A stretch of 64,000 bases of DNA from assembly GCF_000315625.1 (NCBI RefSeq), contig NW_005434635.1, forward strand, positions 1 to 64,000, in the 5' to 3' direction. The notes under the pieces were generated by a model. It saw only the letters and a list, made by a program, of their open reading frames with translations. It was not told where the DNA came from and did not search any database. The translations under genes were made by a program, and so were the position numbers. Below are positions 49,940 to 60,895 of the stretch, one piece after another. Position 1 is the stretch's first letter; each line of letters starts with the position of its first letter. The stretch is from Guillardia theta CCMP2712. Lineage: Eukaryota; Protista; Cryptophyta.

Positions 49940-51076
49940 TCCTGTTTCTTTGTCAGGTGGACTTGTTCGATGGGATTGGGAGTGTCTTCGAAAGCAGGTG
50001 GATCGAGTTGCTAGTGCCTCCGATACAAACTGCTGCTTTCCTCGCTGCTCCTCTTGCTTTCTACCCTCTGTTCTAATATTATAGGTCTAATCGATTCTGT
50101 TCCTCGCTCCATGGGACTGATAACAAAAAGATTTATACATAAAACTATTGTTATTTTAAAACCTCACCTTGGCCCTTATTATCTTAAAAGTTCCACCCCT
50201 ACCGTCTCGTTTTTTGACTGTCTAGTAGGGACCCTACCCACACATTACCATCATTTTCTGTGACAATTTAACCCCCAGTATTCCTTTGTATGCTACCCCT
50301 ACCCCCGAATGAGCGTGAAACGGCATATCCTCGTACACCGTCATGTCGTGATGACATCGCAAAATTACAAGTTGTACCAGCCTGAAAGTGTTGGGAGGTC
50401 ATCAGGGGTGGGGTAGAGGTTGAAACGTTCTCTTTCTACGGGTGGGTGGTAGACATGTGTGTAACGTGACCAAACTGGTCGTTGTGATCTTGCAGCTGAA
50501 CTCGTGTCTGTGTTTCCTAAATTAATTTACGTCAAAGTCAAAAAGACTTTTTTTCGTTATATATGTATACCCGGGGGTCTCATCATAGTGCGCAACAAAC
50601 AAAACGTTGTGTTTCAATAATCTTTTATGCTGCATGTAGGGTCTCGTGTTCGTGTCCTTATCTGAAGATATCTTTTTTTATCAAAAACCCTTTTACTTCC
50701 ATGCAAATAAAAAATCCCACCCACCTCACCGTACCCCACCCACCCCTGCACCAAGATCCCCTGCCGTCAGGGATTTTCCATGGACAAAACACCCCCACCC
50801 CTCACAACAAGGGAAAAAGTGACGGTCAAATATAGGTACGTAAGAATGCGACGAACAACCCCTACCCCACCATTGTGAACTTCCCAGCTCTTTCCGTAGG
50901 TTGACCTTGTTAAGCCAGGGCCCCGGGGTGGGGGGCGCTGGGGCCGGGGGACTGTTTTGCCCGACTACGCCTACGACCACTACTCCGGTCCTTGGGTCGC
51001 ATCCGGTACAATGACGTTACAATCGTTTCCTATATTACGGTTAAACCGTTACTTGATCACGGAAGGTCACTCTGGA

Positions 51077-51630
51077 ATGGCGCGGACGCTGGTTGTGCGT
51101 GCAGCGGGCGCTGCGATTCTTGGGGCCTTAGTGTGCCTCATTGCCTTGGAGAGAGCCGGAGAAGCAAACACCTTTGCCCTTGCCGATGCTGATGGCCTCA
51201 CGGGTAAGGATGACATTGTGGCTCCGTTGATTCATTCTTGCAATGAGTAATCTTTTCCTTTGCAGTCCGAGAACCCAACGGGGATGAGATTGAGATGAAC
51301 CATCCTGGATGGCAGCAGTGGATCGATAACGTCAAAGAGTCAGGTGCTGACAGGGAGCTGCGGATGTACGAGGTTCAGGATGGAGAGTTGACAGTGAGGG
51401 AGCCCAATGGAGACGTGATTGAGATGAATCATCCAGGATGGAAGGATTGGATCAGCCATGTTGAAGACTCTGGTGCAGACAGGGAGCTTGGAATACACGA
51501 AGTGCAGAAGGGAGACGTGACGGTGCGGGAGCCCAACGGGGACATGATAGATATGGACGCCCCTGGATGGAAGGGGTGGATACGTGGGATGGAGGGATCG
51601 ACCGAGAATAGCGCACTTCCAGACAATTGA
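51077..51630 (+). CDS. Small secreted/membrane protein with about 2.7 copies of a 43-aa Trp-containing repeat, 2 exons
   Basis: Hydrophobic N-terminus (AAGAAILGALVCLIAL) and intron 51203-51265. Repeats have a 129-nt period (ATG at 51295, 51424, 51553): VREPNGDxIEMNHPGWxxWIxxVxxSGADREL. Confidence 0.8.
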
Positions 51631-52113
51631 AGACAGGCTATTGGACTAGCTATGCAAGCACAAGGCTGAAATCAGATTTCCCTTCAGGAAATGATCGTAA
51701 CTCTTCGAGTTGACCTCGTTCTAAGCTCCGAACCCCTCTTCAGAAACTGATAACGTCTGACTGTAAAGACTGACCACATGCAGTGGATACCGGAGGTAAT
51801 CTGATGGTGGTGTGTGCGACTGTGGAACCTGCAAAATCCAGCATTGCATATTGTTTCTTAAATCACATGAATTCAATTTGTACAAACAACTACAGTATGA
51901 ACTCAATTTGTATAAACGATGATCTTGAATCCGATTACGGTGTCTAAGATGCAGTGTCGATCTCGTCCAAGATGCAGTGTCGATCACGATAGCTAGCGCC
52001 TCCGTGCAACTTTTGCATTCGAACTCTTCAAGTTCGAAATATGGACATGCAGATTTCACCTCATTTGCATTTTACTGCAAGCCCCTTATCAATTATTTCT
52101 GAATCTTGAAAAC

Positions 52114-53137
52114 TCATCGCTTCCATTCATCCACCGGCGTTTTCAATGGAAGGTCAGGTGAGCTTGACGCAGTTTCCTCTGTGGCACTTGACCTTTGTAT
52201 TGTCGTTGTAGATCTTGGCACGCTCTGATCAGTCCTTCGGACAGTAATTCTTACATCGTCGTATCCATATCTGCGCACATACTATTTAGTCAGGCATGTA
52301 ATGCACAACTTCTCAGAAAATCGACACTGGGGCGAGAAGACGAAAAATTCACCTCCCCGAGTTACTCTTTATCGCCGCCATCACATTCTGAGACACAGTA
52401 TCTCAGCAATTTTCAAGCATTGCACTGAGGCGGCACCTCAAAATCCATGGAACCGCACGGAATCATCGTTCGCTTCCAGTTGCTGAACAGGGGACATTAG
52501 ATTTCCTAGACTATGCCGTGAGAGCAGTTGTACGTGTTTGCAGCTCCACCGATCCCAATGATGGGCTTCGTTGTTGAGTCAAGTATGACTGCAGACGTTG
52601 CGACAAGCTGGAATCAGGCTCACAACTATGCTATCAAGTCACGTACACTTGCCTTGTCCCCAACCAGGATCTGACCATTCCGATCGGCGTTCCCACCAGA
52701 CAGCTGACGATTGATTTAGTGTTGTGACAACATGCCCGACGTTAGGAGAACACGAGAACTCCTTCTTACAATCTCTTTGACAAACAAGCCCTTTGGCTGT
52801 CCTGCTTCGATCTCCTCGAACACGATACCAAGAGGAGTCTTCAATGTAACAGTGACATCTGCACGAAGAGTTCTGGAGCAAACAAGAAAAAGTCATTCCA
52901 CGACGAGCCCGACGAAGAGCAACTTGAGAACCTCCATATCCCCAACCTCCTCAACGAACGTGTGCTCGAGGCTTCTCGTGCAAGGTGAAACTTCGGGGAT
53001 ACGGAAAATCCTTGGGAGGGAGCGCAGATCCAGGACAGGAAGAGGAGAGAAAGCGTGAAAAAATTCTGTGAGAGGAGAAGAGGAGATAAGCTTGCTAGAA
53101 CCCCGCCTCGCACGCCTCGTCTATGTTCTTTGCGCAT
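52114..53137 (-). CDS. Plastid-targeted PDZ-domain protein, multi-exon
   Basis: Signal peptide ending SQG-F. Spliced DVTVTLKTPLGIVFEEIEAGQPKGLFVKEI|LSGGNADRNGQILVGDK|LVATSAV...NWKRTMIPCGSMDFE...AIKSN. Both ends are approximate. Confidence 0.72.
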
Positions 53138-53746
53138 TTCCCGGTCCGACAGTCCGGTTTATATCTGGGTTTATATCAAGATCATTGGATGGTCCACCAA
53201 CTTTACTGGTTAACACAAATTAAACCGGTCAGCCGGTTTTCGCGGCATTTCTGAGCAACCTGTGTCGTCGCAGGCAAAGATTTTATGGCTACGGCGTGAA
53301 GAAGTGAAGGCGCTGGAGTAGGAGGAGAAGAAGAAGCTGGAGGAAGAGGAGATGTGAGATCAGGAGAACCAGATGAGGAAAGATGAGACTCACGCGACAG
53401 ACTTAGAGGGGGGTTTTCAATCGAGATTATGCCTCTTGACCACTGCGCTGCTTCGTTCCTGCAATGTCTCCCCGGTTCTTGCTCTCTTCTACTGAAATAT
53501 TTCGATGGAATATGCTTAATCTACATTGTCTACGACTTCATCTGTTGTAACCCCCAGTTTACCCTTGTTTCTTTTGTCAATCACTTCGATTTCCCCCGCA
53601 TTCTCCTTCCGTCAGCCCTTCTAACTTCAGTTACCTAATTGAGCAGGCTGATGTATAACAACACACCAAAAGCGAGATATTGCTGAAACGATTTGTCGAA
53701 CGTTTCATACCCTCGAGTCCATCGATCCACATCAACGACTGAATGC

Positions 53747-55998
53747 ATGGGAGATAAGGACAGCTCCCAGATCGATATCCTGAAGAAGGCCCTGAAGACC
53801 CAGCGAACAGAAGCGTTGAGCCGGGAGCAGGAGCTCCAGAAACAACTCTCAGGGCTATGGCAGGTCAACATCTTGCATGCTAGTGCTCGATCATGTGCAT
53901 GATGGTTGGAACCGCAGAGAGCGGACAAGGAGAGGAAGATGCTGATGAGCCAAGTGACGCAGCTCAAGAACGAGCTGAAAGCTTCCTCGCCCAAGACTTT
54001 GTTCAATGATGTCACTTCTCGGCTTTCTGAGCTGAAAGCCACTGTCAGCAACATAAGAGATGGATCCCCACTCTCCGGTAAAGTCTCCTCCCATTTCTCC
54101 CCCAATGACTCTCTCAATTCTTTGCTGATGACATCATCTGCAGAAAAGGGCCTGTGGTCCTTCGATTCGGATGGAGAGCCCCTGAGTGAAGAGCAAAGGT
54201 CTGAAGGAGCAGCGTACTCTTATGGCTCAGGTGGAGCCTTGGAATATCGATATGAGGCGATACTGAGTAGGTAGAGAAGATGCAGTCGGAATGGGAGAAG
54301 GCGAAGCCAAGTATCGCATCAAAGGTCTGGAGGCGAAAGTTGCGGCGCAGCAGGATGAGATAAGGGAGCTGCGAGCACTGCTGACAGAAGTTTGCTCTTA
54401 TGGTTTGCAAGATGTTTGGATTGAATCTGCATGACAGAGAGATACCGCTGTGTCCAAGCTACAGCAGAGGAATGGATTGCTATCAGCAACGCTAGAAGAG
54501 AAGGAGAACGAAATCGCTGCCTTGGAGTCAAGACTGAACAAGCTTAAGAGACGGTGGTGCAGTTCTCGTCCGGATGTCGCTTCTCACGTAGATTCTCTTT
54601 GGCAGGCTGACCGAGTCAGACTCGTTCGCCCCTCGCGCTTGGGTTGTGAAGGAGGCAGTAAAGGGAGGGTACGGACTGGAAGCTGCCGGATTAATCTCCT
54701 CACCCGCCTCCTTGAACGAGAACTGGGTTGATGTTGGAGCATTTCTAGCGTTTGGACTCTCCTGAGAGCTTGACAGGCTGAGTCGGAGGATGTTGCCATG
54801 ATCCCAGCGCACGAAGAATTCGTCGCAAAGATGAAAGACAAGTCAGCCGCACCGCTGCTGGGGATGGTGGAAAGCTTCATCAAAGCCTTCATCAATAAGA
54901 ATCCAAAGGCAACCTAGACAGCGCTTCAAGGCACCAGAGTGACGTGAGTACTACTTTGCAGATGACCGACTTTGGTATGGTGCATAACTTTCTTGGCGCG
55001 ATGGAAAACCCGTTCAAGACCCACAAGGTCGAGAGTCTGAGGTGTGTTAGTAAGAAAGGTGTTCTGACGAATCCCATCAACAGCTCTGGAAAGGTGCTGA
55101 CGATGAAGACGTACAAGAAACCCTGGACGCGCTGGAAGCCTACATCCTTGGAGATGAACAGGTAGGGGACTCCTGCTGCTTTGAGCGCGTAAGGGGGGGG
55201 TGCAGGTCTTCAACTCCATTTTCAAGAATGTCGGGGAGCCGTGGGAGAGGCGCGATCACAACCTCTCCAAGAGGATGTTCTGTCTGCAGTTTGTCAAGGC
55301 CGAGGTCTGTGCTTGCGTTTGGTTGACAGTTGAGGTGATGACGTTTGAAGAACCTGGACATCAAGAAGATCCATCAGAACCATCCGGCTCTCACTTTGGC
55401 GAGAAAGATGATTCATCAGATTGATGAGGTACTCTTGTCTTGCCGGTGCAAGAAGTGATCTTACTCTCCTCCTCTCTTCCTCTCCTCTTGTGCCATCCTG
55501 TGCAGGTTCGCGCTCCGCAAGAGAAGATTGAGTGCGTATTCAGAGCAGCGAGGATCATTTACAGGATGTTGAATGAGACGAGCGGGGAGTCCGCATCTGC
55601 AGATGACTTCCTTCCGGTGCTCTCCCCCCACCACCATCCCAGCAGTTTCCGCTGATCCTCTCCTCAGATTCTCATCTTCGTCGTTCTCCGATCGCAAGCC
55701 TCCCGTCTCTACAGCTCCTTGGATTACATGGCCCAGTTCCGCAGGCCTTCAAGGCTCTCTGGCGAGCGCCACTACTACCTTGTTCAGCTGCAGGTGAGTG
55801 TTTCAACTCTCCTGCCCCCAGCTCGGTGAGAGCTGCTTGTAGACTGCCGTGGCCTTCATCGATCACATGGACGCGGCATCGATCACGATTAACCCGGAGG
55901 AGTTCGAGGTCAAGTACAAGAGCAGGGAGCGGGAGTGGGAGGAGAGGGGAGGGCAAGTCACCATCGTCAGTGAGAGTGTCTCCGATCCACGGGCTTGA
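53747..55998 (+). CDS. VPS9-domain Rab5 guanine-nucleotide exchange factor with N-terminal coiled coil, multi-exon
   Basis: RAPQEKIECVFRAARII, SASADDFLP|ILIFVVLRSQASRLYSSLDYMAQFR, GERHYYLVQLQ|TAVAFID. Confidence 0.9.
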
Positions 55999-57443
55999 GG
56001 CGGCTGCCAGAAACCGGCGGAGCCCAGTGGCCTAGGCTACCGTACACTGGCCGCGCGTCACCTCCAACTCGGGCAGAACTTAGTCACCTGTCGGGCCCGG
56101 GGCCAGCGGCGGCCGCTCGACGGTCCGAGATGGGTTCATCCGGCGGGCCGTCGACAACAGTGGAGGCTGCGCCACCGGCCACCGTGTCCGATCATCAAGT
56201 CACGAGTCGGCCGGCCGCGGCGGCCGGCGCAGCGGCCGCGCTGGCAGTGTGCCAGGCTCAGCGGCTGCTCACTGAAAGTTTGGCACTGAATAAAGATGGA
56301 CTCCCGACTCAGTCCAAACGTCACGGCGTGGCGCGGCTAGCCCGGTACCCTCAAGTTGTGACCCGGCCCTGCCAGACTCTGACTCGGCTGCCGCACTGGG
56401 CCACTGAGTCACCGTCACACTGTATGAGAGCTTCGGCCACAGTACCGGAGAACTTGGACTCTGAATGAAGCCGGAGTATTAAAACTCTCTCGCTAACTTG
56501 TTAGGCTCCCGGAGCCCGAGACGCGGGCCGGGCAGCCGCCTGCGGCCGCGGTCACCGCTTTCCGGGCCGGGCACTCCGACTCAGGCCGCTTACGGTAAGT
56601 TGGTCAACGTAGACCTCATCCCCGCTTCTGCCCTTTGCTCACTTTTTTGTGAAACGGTTATGAAACAGTACGAAAAGGTAGGGTAGTCGACGTTCCAAAA
56701 TGAAATTTCAGGGTAGGGTTGTCTCTATACCCTCCATTTGATTGAAAATATGTGTTAAATGGAGGGGTACATTTGAGTTGGTGAGGGGTGGGGTGTCATC
56801 GTTCCCTTGATCTCCTCGAGGTAGGTTGCATATTTGAACAAATTTTCTTTTTTATTTTTTTGTGCTGCATTCGATCAAGGGAGGTGGGGGTACTCAGTAT
56901 GGCACAGGCTGAGGGGGTGGCCTCAGAACAATTAAAGGCTAACCCACCCTAGACCCTAGTATATGATGGCATGTAGGGGGTTAATCATATTCCCGAGGGG
57001 TAGGAGTTGAAGTGGGGTCTTGTAAGATCATTCGAGGTAGGGTAGTATACCCCTACCCATTTATTACCTCGACACTGGTGGAAAAATAAGGGTGTGGAAA
57101 AACATGAATATTGCAATTCAGATACCCCAGCGCAATCCTTGAAATGAAGGGGTTCCCCTATAACCCCCTACCCCTTTTCTTCCTTCATATTCAGGGGTGC
57201 TTGTACCTTTAATAGTTAGGTAAATTTTCTCGGGTTGTCGTTCTTTCTTGTTCTACCGCCGCCCTTATGCAGCCGCACGCGCAAGCAGAGGCCGCCGCTT
57301 CCATGTCCTCCCCCCCGGAGCGGCCCCCCTCCTCCTCCCTTTTCTCTTACCCATCTCAACATTCTCTCCTGATCCCTGTGTCCATACCCCACAGCCCCTT
57401 GGCTAGACCAGGAGGCAGCGCGTTACGGAGACGATGCGCTCGC

Positions 57444-58391
57444 ATGCTAGTTGCAATGGCCTCCTCGCTCCTCCTGCTCCCGACCGCGCTATCTTCAGCT
57501 CCTTTGCCATGCTTCATGCAGAGCAAATCTCCTCTTCTCAGCTTGATGCAGTTTGACTCCTGCCTGTCTTTCGCCTCCAAAGCCGAGACTCTCACGCTTC
57601 GCGGTGGTGGGAACAATGGCGTGAGGGTCAGTCGGAATGGCGCGAGCATGAGCTTCGTTGCAAACAATGGCGCGAAGTCCGAGAAAGCTGGCAAAGGCTC
57701 AGATCCTGCAGTGATCAGTGCTGATGAGGCTGGTAAGAAGAATGTAACCCTCAATGTTGATATGCACAAGATAGAAGCGCTCAGGAAACTGGGCGCTTCC
57801 CTGCGCATCGGAGGCCCTGGAACAAGTCGCAGGAAGTTCAAGAATGTGCGCGCTATGAGCGACAAGGCCGAGGACGCGATGTTCCAGGGAACTCTCAGGA
57901 AGCTGGGTATCAACCAAGTTCCTGATATTAAGGAAGTTCAGTTTGTCAAGGAAGACGGAACTTGCATGGTGTTTTCAAACCCGCGCGTGCTTGCTAACAT
58001 CGGCAGCAACACTTTTGTGTGCCAGGGAGGATACGAGACTGTAAGACCGCAAGGCCTTCCTGACGAGATCGCAAAGATAATCGAGAAGAACGGGATTGAT
58101 GTCGAACGGCTCCGTAAGATTGCCAACAATGCAATCAGCTCCAAGTTGCACCCAGCAGAAGAGTCAGCGTCTATGAACCAAACAATTGCCGGGGAAGGGG
58201 TTCAGGATGCACATGTTGATACGAAGAAAGATGAAGAGCAAGACAAAGATGGAGATACTGCGAATGAGCAGCAAGAAGCCGCCGCCAGTCCGGCTGGTGC
58301 TGCGGAAGAGAACAACGATAGCCCTGTGGAGGAAGGGAAATCGGTTGCTGCAAATGAGGAGGATGGGGAACAGCAAGTGGAAGAATGTTAA
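57444..58391 (+). CDS. BTF3: Nascent polypeptide-associated complex beta (BTF3) with N-terminal signal peptide + LRGG presequence
   Basis: LRIGGPGTSRRK, TLRKLGINQVPDIKEVQFVKEDG..FSNPRVLANIGSNTFV (NAC domain), preceded by MLVAMASSLLLLPTALS...TLTLRGGG. The start could lie further upstream. Confidence 0.88.
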   Translation: MLVAMASSLLLLPTALSSAPLPCFMQSKSPLLSLMQFDSCLSFASKAETLTLRGGGNNGVRVSRNGASMSFVANNGAKSEKAGKGSDPAVISADEAGKKNVTLNVDMHKIEALRKLGASLRIGGPGTSRRKFKNVRAMSDKAEDAMFQGTLRKLGINQVPDIKEVQFVKEDGTCMVFSNPRVLANIGSNTFVCQGGYETVRPQGLPDEIAKIIEKNGIDVERLRKIANNAISSKLHPAEESASMNQTIAGEGVQDAHVDTKKDEEQDKDGDTANEQQEAAASPAGAAEENNDSPVEEGKSVAANEEDGEQQVEEC

Positions 58392-58666
58392 ATTCCGTGC
58401 GTCCTTTCTTGATGTAAATCTTCATGGTCATGTTGATCGGTACACGTCAAACCCTGTGAAGTATTTTACTCCAGCTAGCAATAAAGCGCGAGCCTCGCAG
58501 CCGCTGCTCTGGGTTGGAAGGTCTGAGACTGAGGAGTGCGCAGCAGGAGAAGCTATGGAAGCGTGAGAGGGGTGGAAGGCGAGAAGGGTCGTTGACGGAG
58601 GATCGGGAATCAGGAAGGGGGTGGGGACTGAGGAGGGGGACGAAAGGGGGCACAGGGAGGAGAAGG

Positions 58667-60774
58667 TCATCCCAGATGCTTCTCGTCCATGCCGAAGTAG
58701 AGGGGTTCGTCCGGAGGCCCAGCATGCCCGAAGTAGGGGGAGAGGGCGATGCTGCTGGCGTTGAAGCCCTTGTCCAGCAGGTCCATGCTGACTGTTCGAT
58801 AGTTGAGCTGCTGCAGGAGCTTCGCATCGTCCTCCCTGACTGTCACCCCGGACCTGCCGATGTTGGAGATCCTTGAGACGGCAGGAGCGACCATGTGGGG
58901 CGTGCAGGAGGGCTGGCAGGGGAGGAGCTGCCGCGTCTGGATGAGGTGGTAGATGCTCCAGTCCCAGCCGTCTCGGAAGTCGAGGAAGTCACTGTTGAGG
59001 ATGGAATGGAAGACGCTGCGGTTGAAGGCGAGGCCCGTGTTGACGAACCACTTCACCCTGCACGCCTTCCTCTCGTCCTCCTCCTTCTCCTCCCGCTCGC
59101 AGCCGAACTTGAGGTAGACCCCCCAGCAGCCGTCGCAGCGATCGCGAATCTTCAGCAGAGCTTGCAGCGTCAGGAGAGCGTCCGGGGTGGGCACGTGGTC
59201 TTCCTCGAGGAGCAGGACGTCTCGCTTGTAGTCGCTGAGCTCGGGGAGCATTGAGAAGACAGCGCGGAGGAGGAAGATCCAGTGCTCCTTAATGACCAGC
59301 ACGCCGTCCGAGCCCCTTCCCCCGACGCCTCCGATGGCTGGCTCGGTGGAGGGATGGAAGAAAATTCGGAGGGTGCAGAAGTCGACGGAGAGGAGCACGT
59401 CGAAGATCTCCTGTGAGGGCTTGTCGAGGCTGACGATCAGAAGCACGTCGTGAATGCCTCGCACCCTCCGCAGAGCGTTGAGGACGGAAGAAAGATAGTT
59501 GGGCCTGTCGTAGACGTACATGGCGATGGGAATGAAGAAGTTCTTCCCCCCCTTCCATGAGAAGCTGGTCGGCAGCTTGTTGAAGATGTATGGGGAATGC
59601 TGATTCCAGATCTCCTGCAGGTAGCGGTGAGGAGAGGAGGAGAAAGAAAGTAGAGAAAGAGGAGGAGCAGTGGAAGAGAGGAGAATAGGAGAGGAGGAGA
59701 GGCTAGCCGAGGAGGAAGGGAGAAAGCAGAAGATTATAGACACGCGAGGAGAACTACACGGAGAAGCAAGAGGTACCTGAAGCGCCCGCAGGGGACGGTT
59801 TCTTTCTTCTTGCTCATTCAACTGAGACGGGCAGAACTGCTGGATGACTCTCTTGAGCATGGCCTGGTCACGTCCTCGGGTCAGGCTGGAGCAGGAGCGA
59901 GCAGGAGCACCTTGCTCTTGGAGTGGTCGACGGTCTTCCTGCCCGCCACCTCCAGGCTCTTCCGCTCGCTGCTCCTCCTCAGCGAGTCCTGCAAGGTCGA
60001 GATGCTCAACTTGTCGTGAAGAATCCTGCTCTGCAGCGGTCAAATCCAAAATCGAGGGAAGTAGACGGGGAGGAGAGAAGAGAGAGGAGGAGGAGAGAAG
60101 AGAGAGGAGGAGAGAAGAGAGAAGAGAAGGGGACAGGTAGGGAGGGGAGGACAGGGGAGGAGGGTAATGGGAGAGCGAAGAGAAAGTATAGCATATCGAT
60201 GTGATTGAGAACCTCACAGAGAAACAGGATGGAAAAAACTTCACCTGCCCACGTTTGTCCTCAAATCTTCTCTTCCAGCCTATCCGTTGCGGTGGTCAAG
60301 AGTCTGCAAGTACACGTGTTTCACCTTACCCATCGCCCGAGAATCTCTTTGTATGAGTTGTCGACAAGTCGAATCGCGTCAAGGGTTGTGCTGTTGAAGC
60401 AATCTCCATAACCCTCTCTCACTGCCATAATTGAAGAAATCTCACGTGATAGTTCGATTCGACAGACCGATCACTTCGTGCGAAGTGGCTTCTTTGACAA
60501 ACACCACGAGCAATCTCTTGTACATCCAGAGAGGATAACCCTGAAGAATGTGTCGGTCAGGTCAGTATTCCTTTGTCTCTTCTCCATCAATTTCACCATC
60601 ATTCTTTATACAGTCGACTCAACCACCCTGTTTACCCACCTCCTCTTCCTCTTTAGCATGAACAGCATCATCTCCATCTCCATCTCCATCTCCATCTCCA
60701 TCTCCTCCTCCTCCTCCTCCTCCTCCTCCTCCTCCTCCTCATCATCATCATCATCATCATCAACCCTCCCCTTC

Positions 60775-60823
<49 letters not shown>

Positions 60824-60863
60824 TCATCATCATCATCATCATCAACCCCCCCCTTCCTCCTCG

Positions 60864-60895
<32 letters not shown>

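Noticed and set aside
55995-56686. Ala/Arg/Pro-rich ORFs in GC-rich islands (also 16100-16830, 33740-33952, 63236-63562)
   Set aside because: They reflect stop-codon scarcity at high GC, with no domains or splice-consistent structure.
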